A DNA stretch of 64,000 nucleotides from Candidatus Omnitrophota bacterium (GTDB taxonomy: Bacteria > Omnitrophota > Gorgyraeia > JAGLLT01). This document shows positions 54,121 through 61,135 of the stretch, piece after piece; the stretch's first letter is position 1; the number at the start of each line of letters is the position of its first letter. The DNA lies in assembly GCA_030632085.1 (NCBI GenBank), contig DAOVJY010000002.1, positions 77,325 to 141,324 on the forward strand. Direction: 5' to 3'. The translations under genes and the position numbers were made by a program. The notes below the pieces were generated by a model. That model saw nothing but the letters and a program-made list of their open reading frames with translations, did no database searches and had not been told where the DNA came from.

Positions 54121-54783
54121 ATGACAGCTAAAAAAAGCCTTAAATTTTTGATTTCCGCTGGGCCTACCAGAGAACCTATAGATCCTATAAGGTATATTTC
54201 CAACTATTCTACCGGTTATTTGGGTTATGAAATGGTTCTGGCGGCAAAAAAGAGGGGGCACAGGGTTGTTTTGGTGAGCGGCCCGACAGCCTTTAAGAAA
54301 CCCGCGGGTATTAAGAGTATTGATGTAATTACCGCCAAAGATATGCTCAAGGCTTTAAAAGATAATATAAAATGGGCTGATTGTCTTATAATGACCGCGG
54401 CTGTTTCTGATTTTCGTCCAAAAAAAGCTCAACTAAAGAAAATTAAGAAAGATACTCAAAAAACAACCCTTCAGCTTGTAAAAAATCCGGATATATTAAA
54501 AAGTCTTAAACCATATAAAAAAGGTAAAATTTTCATCGGCTTTGCTTTGGAAACCCATAATCTGTATGAAAATGCCAAAAAGAAACTCAAAAGCAAGGGG
54601 TTGGATATAATAGTAGCTAATAAGAAAGGGAGTAAATCAGCTTGCTTCGGTGAAACAGATAATACATACTATATTATAGATAACTCTTTTAATAGCAACA
54701 TCTTAAAAGATAAATCAAAAAGTTATTTATCACAGTACTTAATTGACAAATCCTTTAAGGTATGGTATAATTTGTACAAGTGA
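54121..54783 (+). CDS. coaB: Phosphopantothenate-cysteine ligase (stand-alone)
   Basis: LISAGPTREPIDPIRYISNYSTG. It is separated from coaC by a TAA stop plus 1 nt. Confidence 0.85.
   Translation: MTAKKSLKFLISAGPTREPIDPIRYISNYSTGYLGYEMVLAAKKRGHRVVLVSGPTAFKKPAGIKSIDVITAKDMLKALKDNIKWADCLIMTAAVSDFRPKKAQLKKIKKDTQKTTLQLVKNPDILKSLKPYKKGKIFIGFALETHNLYENAKKKLKSKGLDIIVANKKGSKSACFGETDNTYYIIDNSFNSNILKDKSKSYLSQYLIDKSFKVWYNLYK
54743..54771 (+). promoter_or_regulatory. Perfect consensus sigma-70 promoter TTGACA-N17-TATAAT inside the coaB 3' end
   Basis: -35 TTGACA at 54743-54748, an exact 17-nt spacer and -10 TATAAT at 54766-54771. It drives the DUF1559 pilin pair. Confidence 0.6.
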
Positions 54784-54820
54784 GAAAAGGCTGATAAAAT
54801 TGGATAAAAGAAGGGTGTTG

Positions 54821-55234
54821 TTGGAGCGCCCGATAGATAAAAGTTATACTTTAGTTGAACTACTAATGTCGCTCTCTGTTATATTTATTCTTTTGGGGCT
54901 TATGTTACCCGGTGTTTTCGGGATTAATAAGCAAGCGATAAAAACGCGATGCGCTAATAATCTCAGGCAAATTTCACAGGTTTTAAATGCCTGGGCGGTG
55001 AGCCATGAATATTTTCCCGAAGATTTTAGGGAGTTGGTTGAAAAGGGGTATATAAGCGATTTAGACGCTTTTAAATGCCCATATAGAGGCTCTATTGATG
55101 ATTATGAGTTTCTAATTAAGGGCAAAAAGGTTAGTAATGTTGGTGCAGGTGCAGCTATAGTTTACTGCCGTCATTGTAATATGTTGGTTTTTATGGATAC
55201 TCACGTTGAAGAACATAAATGGAAAATTCCGTAA
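54821..55234 (+). CDS. DUF1559-type prepilin-like protein (planctomycete-type H-X9-DG pseudopilin domain)
   Basis: KS|YTLVELLMSLSVIFILLG followed by LMLPGVFGINKQAIKTRCANNLRQISQVLNAW. TTG 54821 with SD AGAAGG is preferred, because the ORF-track start at 54743 is the -35 box. Confidence 0.6.
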   Translation: MERPIDKSYTLVELLMSLSVIFILLGLMLPGVFGINKQAIKTRCANNLRQISQVLNAWAVSHEYFPEDFRELVEKGYISDLDAFKCPYRGSIDDYEFLIKGKKVSNVGAGAAIVYCRHCNMLVFMDTHVEEHKWKIP

Positions 55235-55253
55235 AAGGAAGGAGGTGGAGAAG

Positions 55254-55664
55254 ATGAAAAACAAAAAAGGTTTTACACTCGTAGAATTAATGATAGTTAT
55301 GGTTATTATAGGTATCTTGTTAAGCCTGTTACTTCCGGGTGTGTTTACCGCTCGTCAGGAAGCCTTGAAGACTCAAGTGGCCAGTAACCTGCGTCAGGTA
55401 GGCATTGCTTTATATGCCCATGCTAAGAATAGCAATGGGGCTTTACCTGCTAACTTAGCTGCTCTAGATCCTACTTATATTGAGGGTATAGCAGACATTA
55501 ACAAAAATATTGATGGTGACCCTTTCACTTTCAATGAAGCAACCAGTAATCTCTATAGCTTAAGTGCAAGCACTGTATTAGTTACTGATGATAGCATTAT
55601 TAGTGGTACTAATGCAACCGGTTATACACTTAGAGCGGATGGTTCTGTTAATACAAGTATTTAA
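55254..55664 (+). CDS. DUF1559-type prepilin-like protein, second copy
   Basis: MKNKKG|FTLVELMIVMVIIGILLSLLLPGVFTARQEALKTQVASNLRQVGIALYAH; C-terminal RADGSV (a DG motif). ATG 55254 follows the SD AAGGAGGTGGAG. Confidence 0.7.
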   Translation: MKNKKGFTLVELMIVMVIIGILLSLLLPGVFTARQEALKTQVASNLRQVGIALYAHAKNSNGALPANLAALDPTYIEGIADINKNIDGDPFTFNEATSNLYSLSASTVLVTDDSIISGTNATGYTLRADGSVNTSI

Positions 55665-55711
55665 TGTGAATGTAAGTTTTTATAGGCATTAACATTAAAT
55701 AGTTAATTGAA

Positions 55712-55748
55712 AGAGCGCTTAAAGAGTATTTTTAAGTGCTCTTTTCTT
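55712..55748 (+). terminator. Rho-independent terminator after the DUF1559 pair
   Basis: 12-bp stem AGAGCGCTTAAA / TTTAAGTGCTCT with one mismatch, loop GAGTATT, followed by TTTCTT. Confidence 0.6.
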
Positions 55749-55750
55749 GA

Positions 55751-55860
55751 TATCAGCACACAAGACATAAGTCATACCCTTGCAGGGCACAGGCAAGTCA
55801 CAAGAAACAAGTCATAAGGCACAAGCAAAAAAACAAGATGCAAACAATTACCAATGGCCA
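55751..55860 (+). repeat. A/C-rich modular spacer
   Basis: CACAAGACATAAGTCATACCCTTGCAGGGCACAGGCAAGTCACAAGAAACAAGTCATAAGGCACAAGCAAAAAAACAAG. Confidence 0.7.
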
Positions 55861-55993
55861 AATTCAATTCCGCTTCGCCCGCATCAGCCTTTGACGGGCT
55901 TAATCCTGTTTTTTGGCCCTTTTTCACTTGACTTTTGGCTTGTAAGTGATAAATTGATATCAAGTTTATATTTAAAGTCTATATAGTCATGCT

Positions 55994-56070
55994 GGCGGCA
56001 TACCCAAGTGGTTTAAGGGGACGGTCTGCAAAATCGTTATTCATCGGTTCGAATCCGATTGCCGCCTCCA
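55994..56070 (+). tRNA. tRNA-Cys(GCA)
   Basis: Acceptor GGCGGCA/TGCCGCC; anticodon arm ACGGT-CTGCAAA-ATCGT; T-arm ATCGG-TTCGAAT-CCGAT; CCA is encoded. Confidence 0.8.
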
Positions 56071-56235
56071 GTAAAAGCATAGAGCAAATAGCTAAGAGCA
56101 GATAGAAAAGCAAGACACAAGAAATAAGTCACAAGTAAAAGCAAAAGCAAAAGAACAAAAAAATAAAAGCAAAAAGAATTTTACTATACGATAACCAAAA
56201 AGGCGGGTTTATCCGCCATAGCTGGAAGCGAAGGC
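56071..56235 (+). repeat. A/C-rich modular spacer between tRNA-Cys and tRNA-Leu
   Basis: CATAGAGCAAATAGCTAAGAGC...CAAGACACAAGAAATAAGTCACAAGTAAAAGCAAAAGCAAAAG. It ends in the hairpin GGCGGGTTTATCCGCC, which reads as a terminator on the minus strand. Confidence 0.65.
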
Positions 56236-56322
56236 GGGCGAGTGGTGGAATGGCAGACACGTGGGACTTAAAATCCCATGGATGAATAATCCGTGTGGGT
56301 TCGACTCCCACCTCGCCCACCA
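56236..56322 (+). tRNA. tRNA-Leu(TAA)
   Basis: Acceptor GGGCGAG/CTCGCCC; anticodon loop CTTAAAA; long variable arm; T-arm GTGGG-TTCGACT-CCCAC; CCA is encoded. Confidence 0.8.
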
Positions 56323-56587
56323 GATTGGCAAATGGCATAGGGCGAATAGCTAAGAGCTTAGGGCAAAAAACAAATAAGAAACAAGATACAAGTAAGAATT
56401 TAGGGCGTAGAGCTAAAACGCAGGATTAAGGATTAAGACGCTCAATATTGACAAGTTGTTAGTGAGCTCTAAGGATTAAGTTTGGAACAAGAAACGAAAA
56501 GCAAAGCATAGAGCAAAAAATATAGAGCTATCAGCTAACAGATGGCATTGACTATTTGCAATTTGCTATAAGTTATTTGCTAATAAT
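56323..56587 (+). repeat. A/C-rich modular spacer with GGA-repeat module between tRNA-Leu and tRNA-Val
   Basis: It opens with the conserved tRNA trailer GATTGGCAAATGGCA, followed by ATAGCTAAGAGC, GCAGGATTAAGGATTAAG, CTCTAAGGATTAAG, CATAGAGCAAAAAA and TATCAGCTAACAG. Confidence 0.65.
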
Positions 56588-56664
56588 GGGCGGTTAGCTC
56601 AGTTGGTTAGAGTGCCACGTTGACATCGTGGAAGTCACTGGTTCAAGTCCAGTACCGCCCACCA
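56588..56664 (+). tRNA. tRNA-Val(GAC)
   Basis: GGGCGGTTAGCTCAGTTGGTTAGAGT D-arm; anticodon arm GCCAC-GTTGACAT-CGTGG; T-arm ACTGG-TTCAAGT-CCAGT; CCA is encoded. Confidence 0.85.
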
Positions 56665-56858
56665 GATTGGCAAATGGCAAAAAATAAGTCACAAGTAAAA
56701 AGTCACAAGTCACAAGCGAAGAGCTAAGAGCAAAAACAACAGACTATAGATTGAAAACAAAAGAACAAAAAAATAAGAGCGAAAAGAGAGAATAACTTAA
56801 TTCTTAGAGTGAATGAAATGAACGTCTTAATTCTTAATCCTTATCGAGGAAACAGGCC
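56665..56858 (+). repeat. Modular spacer / thrS leader with an inverted GGA-complement module
   Basis: GATTGGCAAATGGCA trailer, then GTCACAAG x2, GCGAAGAGCTAAGAGC and a ~40-nt module ACTTAATTCTTAGAGTGAATGAAATGAACGTCTTAATTCTTAATCCTTA that is shared with the yicC leader. Confidence 0.65.
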
Positions 56859-58565
56859 ATGAACTTAGATACACTTAGGCATAGTGCTTCACATGTTATG
56901 GCTCAGGCTGTAAAAAGTATTTTTAAAAATGCTAAGCTGGGAATTGGCCCATCTATCGAGAATGGTTTTTATTATGATTTTGACCTTGATCAGCCTATAA
57001 AAGAAGACGATTTGCCTCGCATTGAAAAGAAAATGCGGGAGATAGTAAAGCGGAATTATAAGTTTGAAAAAGAGGCAATTTCTAAGGATGAAGCAAAAAA
57101 ACTTTTTAAAGAGCTGAAAGAGCCTTATAAATTAGAGCTAATTGATGAGCTTGAAGACAATAGTATCTCAATATATAAAGATGGTGATTTTATTGATCTT
57201 TGTAAGGGGCCTCATCTTAGTTCTACCGGTGAAATAAAGCATTTTAAACTTTTGAATGTGGCCGGGGCTTATTGGAGAGGCAGTGAAAAGAATCCGCAGC
57301 TCACCAGGGTATACGGCACAGCTTTTGAGACTAAAAAAGATTTAGATGATTATTTACAGAGGCTTGAAGAAGCAAAAAAGAGAGACCATAGAAAGGGATT
57401 TTCTTTAGGTTATTTTAGTATGCACCAGGAAGTTGGCCCGGGTTTAGTGGTTTATCATCCTAAGGGAGCTTTGTTAAGAAGCCTGATTGTAGATTATTTA
57501 AAGAATGAACATCTCAAGCGAGGCTATCAGATGGTTTTGGGGCCTCATATAATGAAGTCGGATATTTGGAAAACTTCCGGGCATGCTGATTTTTATAGAG
57601 AAAATATGTATTTCTTTGATGTGGAAGGGCAAGAGTATGTGGTTAAGCCTATGAATTGTCCGGCGCATATTTTAGTTTACGCGTCAAAAATAAGAAGTTA
57701 TAATGATTTACCTATTAGATTTTTTGAACTGGGAACTGTCTATAGGCATGAGAAGTCAGGGGTTTTACACGGACTACTTAGATTGAGAGGTTTTACGCAG
57801 GATGACGCGCATATATTCTGCACGCGAAGCCAGCTTCAGGAAGAGATAGTGGGGGTAATTAAATTTGTTAAAGTCGTTATGGCTAATTTTGGGTTTACTG
57901 ATTATGAGTATGAGGTTAGTACCCGGCCTGAAAAGTATATCGGTTCAGAAAAAGATTGGGATAGTGCTGAAAAAATATTAATTCAATCTTTAGAGGCCGA
58001 GGGCGAAAAATTTGAGATTAACGAAAAAGACGGGGCTTTTTACGGGCCTAAGATAGATATAAAAATTAAAGACGCCCTGGGGAGGCCCTGGCAGTGCGCG
58101 ACTATTCAATGTGATTTTGCTCTGCCCGAACGGTTTGACTTATCATACATTGATAATCAAGGCAAGAAGCGGCGCCCTGTTATGCTGCATAGAGTAATCT
58201 TAGGCAGCATTGAGCGCTTTATAGGTGTATTGTTGGAGCATTATGATTTTGCCATGCCCTTATGGTTGGCGCCGGTGCAAGTGAAGATACTTCCGGTTAC
58301 CTCAAGATCTCATGAATTTGCTTTAGAAGTTAGTGATAAATTAGTTACCGGTTATAGAGTTGAAGTTGACTTAAATAATGTGACTTTAGGTAATAAAATA
58401 AGAAAAGCCCAACAGGAGAAGATTCCCTATATGGTAATTTTGGGTGATCGCGAAATGCAGAACAACACCCTTTCAGTCAGATCGCTGAAAAAAGGTGATT
58501 TAGGTAACATTGATTTAGTTGAATTTGTAAAAGTATTGACCGAGGATTTACTGAACAGGAGGTGA
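56859..58565 (+). CDS. thrS: Threonine-tRNA ligase lacking the N-terminal TGS domain
   Basis: Editing-domain Zn motifs HSASH and CKGPH, class II catalytic core and anticodon-binding domain. 568 aa, so the ~70-aa TGS domain is absent. Confidence 0.9.
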   Translation: MNLDTLRHSASHVMAQAVKSIFKNAKLGIGPSIENGFYYDFDLDQPIKEDDLPRIEKKMREIVKRNYKFEKEAISKDEAKKLFKELKEPYKLELIDELEDNSISIYKDGDFIDLCKGPHLSSTGEIKHFKLLNVAGAYWRGSEKNPQLTRVYGTAFETKKDLDDYLQRLEEAKKRDHRKGFSLGYFSMHQEVGPGLVVYHPKGALLRSLIVDYLKNEHLKRGYQMVLGPHIMKSDIWKTSGHADFYRENMYFFDVEGQEYVVKPMNCPAHILVYASKIRSYNDLPIRFFELGTVYRHEKSGVLHGLLRLRGFTQDDAHIFCTRSQLQEEIVGVIKFVKVVMANFGFTDYEYEVSTRPEKYIGSEKDWDSAEKILIQSLEAEGEKFEINEKDGAFYGPKIDIKIKDALGRPWQCATIQCDFALPERFDLSYIDNQGKKRRPVMLHRVILGSIERFIGVLLEHYDFAMPLWLAPVQVKILPVTSRSHEFALEVSDKLVTGYRVEVDLNNVTLGNKIRKAQQEKIPYMVILGDREMQNNTLSVRSLKKGDLGNIDLVEFVKVLTEDLLNRR

Positions 58566-58572
58566 GAGGTCT

Positions 58573-59094
58573 ATTTCTAGTGATGCAAGAATAAATCAGT
58601 TCATAAGAGCTAAAAAAGTAAGAGTTGTGGGTAAAGAGGCGGAGCAGATTGGTATCCTTTCTATTGAAGACGCTCTTAAAAAGGCGGAGGATGTAGAACT
58701 TGATTTAGTTGAGGTTGCTCCTTCGGCCGACCCGCCGGTGTGCCGAATAATGGATTATTCTAAGTATAAATATGAACAGTCCAAAAGGGCAAAAGAAGCA
58801 AAGAAAAAACAAAAAATCATTGAAGTAAAAGAAATTAAGTTCAAGCCGAAAATTGAAGAACATGATTATCAAGTTAAACTGGCCAAAGCGATTAATTTTT
58901 TAGAAAAGGACGAAAGAGTCAAAGTAAGTTTACGTTATCGCGGCAGAGAAGTGACTCATCCTGAAATTGGCAAGCAACTTTTAGATAGATTTATTAGTGA
59001 TACCAGTCAATATGGAGAATTGGCTAAAGAACCCAAGCAGATGGGTAAGACTATTATAATGTTTATTGACCCGAAAACAAAGCAGTCTATTTAG
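58573..59094 (+). CDS. infC: Translation initiation factor IF-3, probable AUU start
   Basis: The conserved N-terminus ARINQFIRAKKVRVVG lies upstream of the GTG at 58627. The in-frame ATT at 58573 follows SD AGGTGAGAGG, as in the autoregulated E. coli infC start. Confidence 0.8.
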   Translation: MSSDARINQFIRAKKVRVVGKEAEQIGILSIEDALKKAEDVELDLVEVAPSADPPVCRIMDYSKYKYEQSKRAKEAKKKQKIIEVKEIKFKPKIEEHDYQVKLAKAINFLEKDERVKVSLRYRGREVTHPEIGKQLLDRFISDTSQYGELAKEPKQMGKTIIMFIDPKTKQSI

Positions 59095-59112
59095 TAAAGG
59101 AAGGATAACTAA

Positions 59113-59310
59113 ATGCCAAAACTTAAAACAAATAAAGGGACGGCTAAGCGTTTCAAAGTAACCAAAAGCGGTAAGATTAAACGTAATAAAGCCGGCAGCA
59201 GCCACATATTAAGTAAAAAGACAAGAAAAAGAAAAAGAAGTCTGAGGCAGTCCGGAATGGTCGACAAGGTTGACGAAAAAAGATTAAAGCAATTATTGCC
59301 CTATAGTTAA
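59113..59310 (+). CDS. rpmI: 50S ribosomal protein L35
   Basis: [24 protein letters not shown]. Confidence 0.9.
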   Translation: MPKLKTNKGTAKRFKVTKSGKIKRNKAGSSHILSKKTRKRKRSLRQSGMVDKVDEKRLKQLLPYS

Positions 59311-59337
59311 TAAAAATTCTTAAGGAGGAATTATATT

Positions 59338-59694
59338 ATGCCAAAAGTTAAACACGCGCCCGCGTCAAAGAAAAGAAAAAAGAGGGTGCTTAAAGCGGTA
59401 AAAGGTGCTCGAGGCGGACGTAGCAAACTTATTGCCACCGCTAAAGAAACGCTCAATAGGGCTCTTGCCTACGCCTATCGGGATCGCAAGGTGAAGAAAA
59501 GAGAGTACAGAGCTCTCTGGATAACCAGAATTACGGCAGCATGCAAACTGCATTCCATAGGGTACTCAAAATTTATTAACGGGCTAACTAAAACTAAAAT
59601 TGTCCTAAATAGGAAAATGTTGGCGGAAGTTGCCGCGACTGATGATTATGCTTTTTCAAAACTGGTAAAACTGGTTAAAGAATCAGTTAAATAA
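59338..59694 (+). CDS. rplT: 50S ribosomal protein L20
   Basis: MPKVKHAPASKKRKKRVLK...RALWITRI. Confidence 0.95.
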   Translation: MPKVKHAPASKKRKKRVLKAVKGARGGRSKLIATAKETLNRALAYAYRDRKVKKREYRALWITRITAACKLHSIGYSKFINGLTKTKIVLNRKMLAEVAATDDYAFSKLVKLVKESVK

Positions 59695-59726
59695 AGATAG
59701 TTTTGTTTTTTTAAGGAGGTAAAGTT

Positions 59727-60035
59727 ATGAATAAAGCCATTATAATGGCAAAGATTAAGAGGCAGCAGGCGGAGTTAGGTGAAATCATCGCTGAAATTAG
59801 CAAAGATAGAAGGTTAAATAATATCTTAAGGATATTAAGGGTGAGATATAGAGAAACAGAGCACCTCTTAGAGGCTATGGGCGATAAAAGCTATATTCCT
59901 AAAGGTATTGAGGATTTGGATGCCCTTGATGAGATTGTAAAGACAGAAAAGAAAATCGGTAAGATCAAAACCGGCATCAAGAAAATGAAGCAACTGGATA
60001 AAGAAAAGAAAAAAATAGAAAAGAAACTAAGATAA
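59727..60035 (+). CDS. Hypothetical K/E-rich coiled-coil protein
   Basis: 102 aa, with SD GGAGG; inserted between rplT and pheS. Confidence 0.4.
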   Translation: MNKAIIMAKIKRQQAELGEIIAEISKDRRLNNILRILRVRYRETEHLLEAMGDKSYIPKGIEDLDALDEIVKTEKKIGKIKTGIKKMKQLDKEKKKIEKKLR

Positions 60036-60039
60036 TTTT

Positions 60040-61044
60040 ATGCTTAAAGAGATAAAAGAATTACAGAAAACGGCTTTTTCCGAGCTTAATAAGGCTCAAC
60101 TTCTCGAGGATATAGAAAAAGTTAGGATAAAATATCTGGGTAGAAAAAGTAAACTCAGTCAAATTTTAAAAGGCCTCAAAGATTTAACGGTAGAACAAAA
60201 AGCCGAAGTTGGTAAAGTAGCTAATATTTTTAAGCGGAAGATTAGTCAAGAGATTGAAGTTAAGATAACCGCGCTTAATGAAGCTAATTTATGGCCAAAA
60301 ATTGACATCACGATTCCGGGGATTAAAAATGCACGCGGCCATATACACCCGATTACGAAGACGATTTATGAAATATGTGACATTTTTACTTCTTTGGGTT
60401 TTAATGTGGTTGAAGGGCCCGAAGCGGAAAAAGAGCGTTATAATTTTGAAGCCTTGAATATTCCCCTTGATCATCCGGCAAGAGACGCTTTTGATACATT
60501 TTACCTAAAAGATGATCTTCTTTTACGTTCACATACTTCTCCGGTTCAAGTAAGAGTGATGGAAAAGGAAAAACCTCCTATCGCGATTATTGTGCCCGGA
60601 AAAGTATACAGGCCCGATGCCGTAGATGCCACCCATTCGTTCATGTTTCATCAGGTGGAAGGTTTATTGGTCGATAAGAATATAACTTTTTCTGATTTAA
60701 AAGGCACTCTTTCCGTTTTTCTCAGAAAGATGTTTGGTAAGGAAGTTAAGGTAAGGTTTCGGCCTCATTTCTTTCCTTTTACGGAGCCTAGCGCCGATTT
60801 AGACGTTTCTTGTTTTGTGTGCAATCAGAAAGGTTGCCGTGTTTGTTCTGATACCGGATGGCTTGAAGTAGGCGGTGCCGGCATGGTTGATCCCGAGGTT
60901 TTTAAAGCGGTAAATTATGACTATGATGAATTTAGCGGTTTTGCTTTTGGTGTGGGCGTAGAGAGAATAGCTATGTTGAAGTACGGCATAAATGATATTA
61001 GATTATTTTTTGAAAATGACTATAGATTTTTAAAACAATTTTAA
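60040..61044 (+). CDS. pheS: Phenylalanine-tRNA ligase alpha subunit
   Basis: Class II motifs FRPHFFPFTEPS and GAGMVDPEV. Confidence 0.95.
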   Translation: MLKEIKELQKTAFSELNKAQLLEDIEKVRIKYLGRKSKLSQILKGLKDLTVEQKAEVGKVANIFKRKISQEIEVKITALNEANLWPKIDITIPGIKNARGHIHPITKTIYEICDIFTSLGFNVVEGPEAEKERYNFEALNIPLDHPARDAFDTFYLKDDLLLRSHTSPVQVRVMEKEKPPIAIIVPGKVYRPDAVDATHSFMFHQVEGLLVDKNITFSDLKGTLSVFLRKMFGKEVKVRFRPHFFPFTEPSADLDVSCFVCNQKGCRVCSDTGWLEVGGAGMVDPEVFKAVNYDYDEFSGFAFGVGVERIAMLKYGINDIRLFFENDYRFLKQF

Positions 61045-61135
61045 ATGAAGACGCAATTTATGGAATGTAATAAACGTAAATTGCTTGTCTGAATTTATCC
61101 CGAAGCTTCGGGATGGTTTCATTAAGGAATTCATT

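Noticed and set aside
54743-54820. ORF-track start of the first DUF1559 gene at 54743 (MTNPLRYGIICTSEK...)
   Set aside because: The putative TTG start codon is the -35 hexamer of a perfect sigma-70 promoter and overlaps the coaB 3' end. Translation most likely begins at TTG/GTG near 54815-54821, after the SD AGAAGG.
55983-56670. tRNA cluster as a possible integration hotspot or genomic-island boundary
   Set aside because: No integrase, recombinase, direct repeat of a tRNA 3' end or compositional shift is visible on either side; the flanking genes are core housekeeping.
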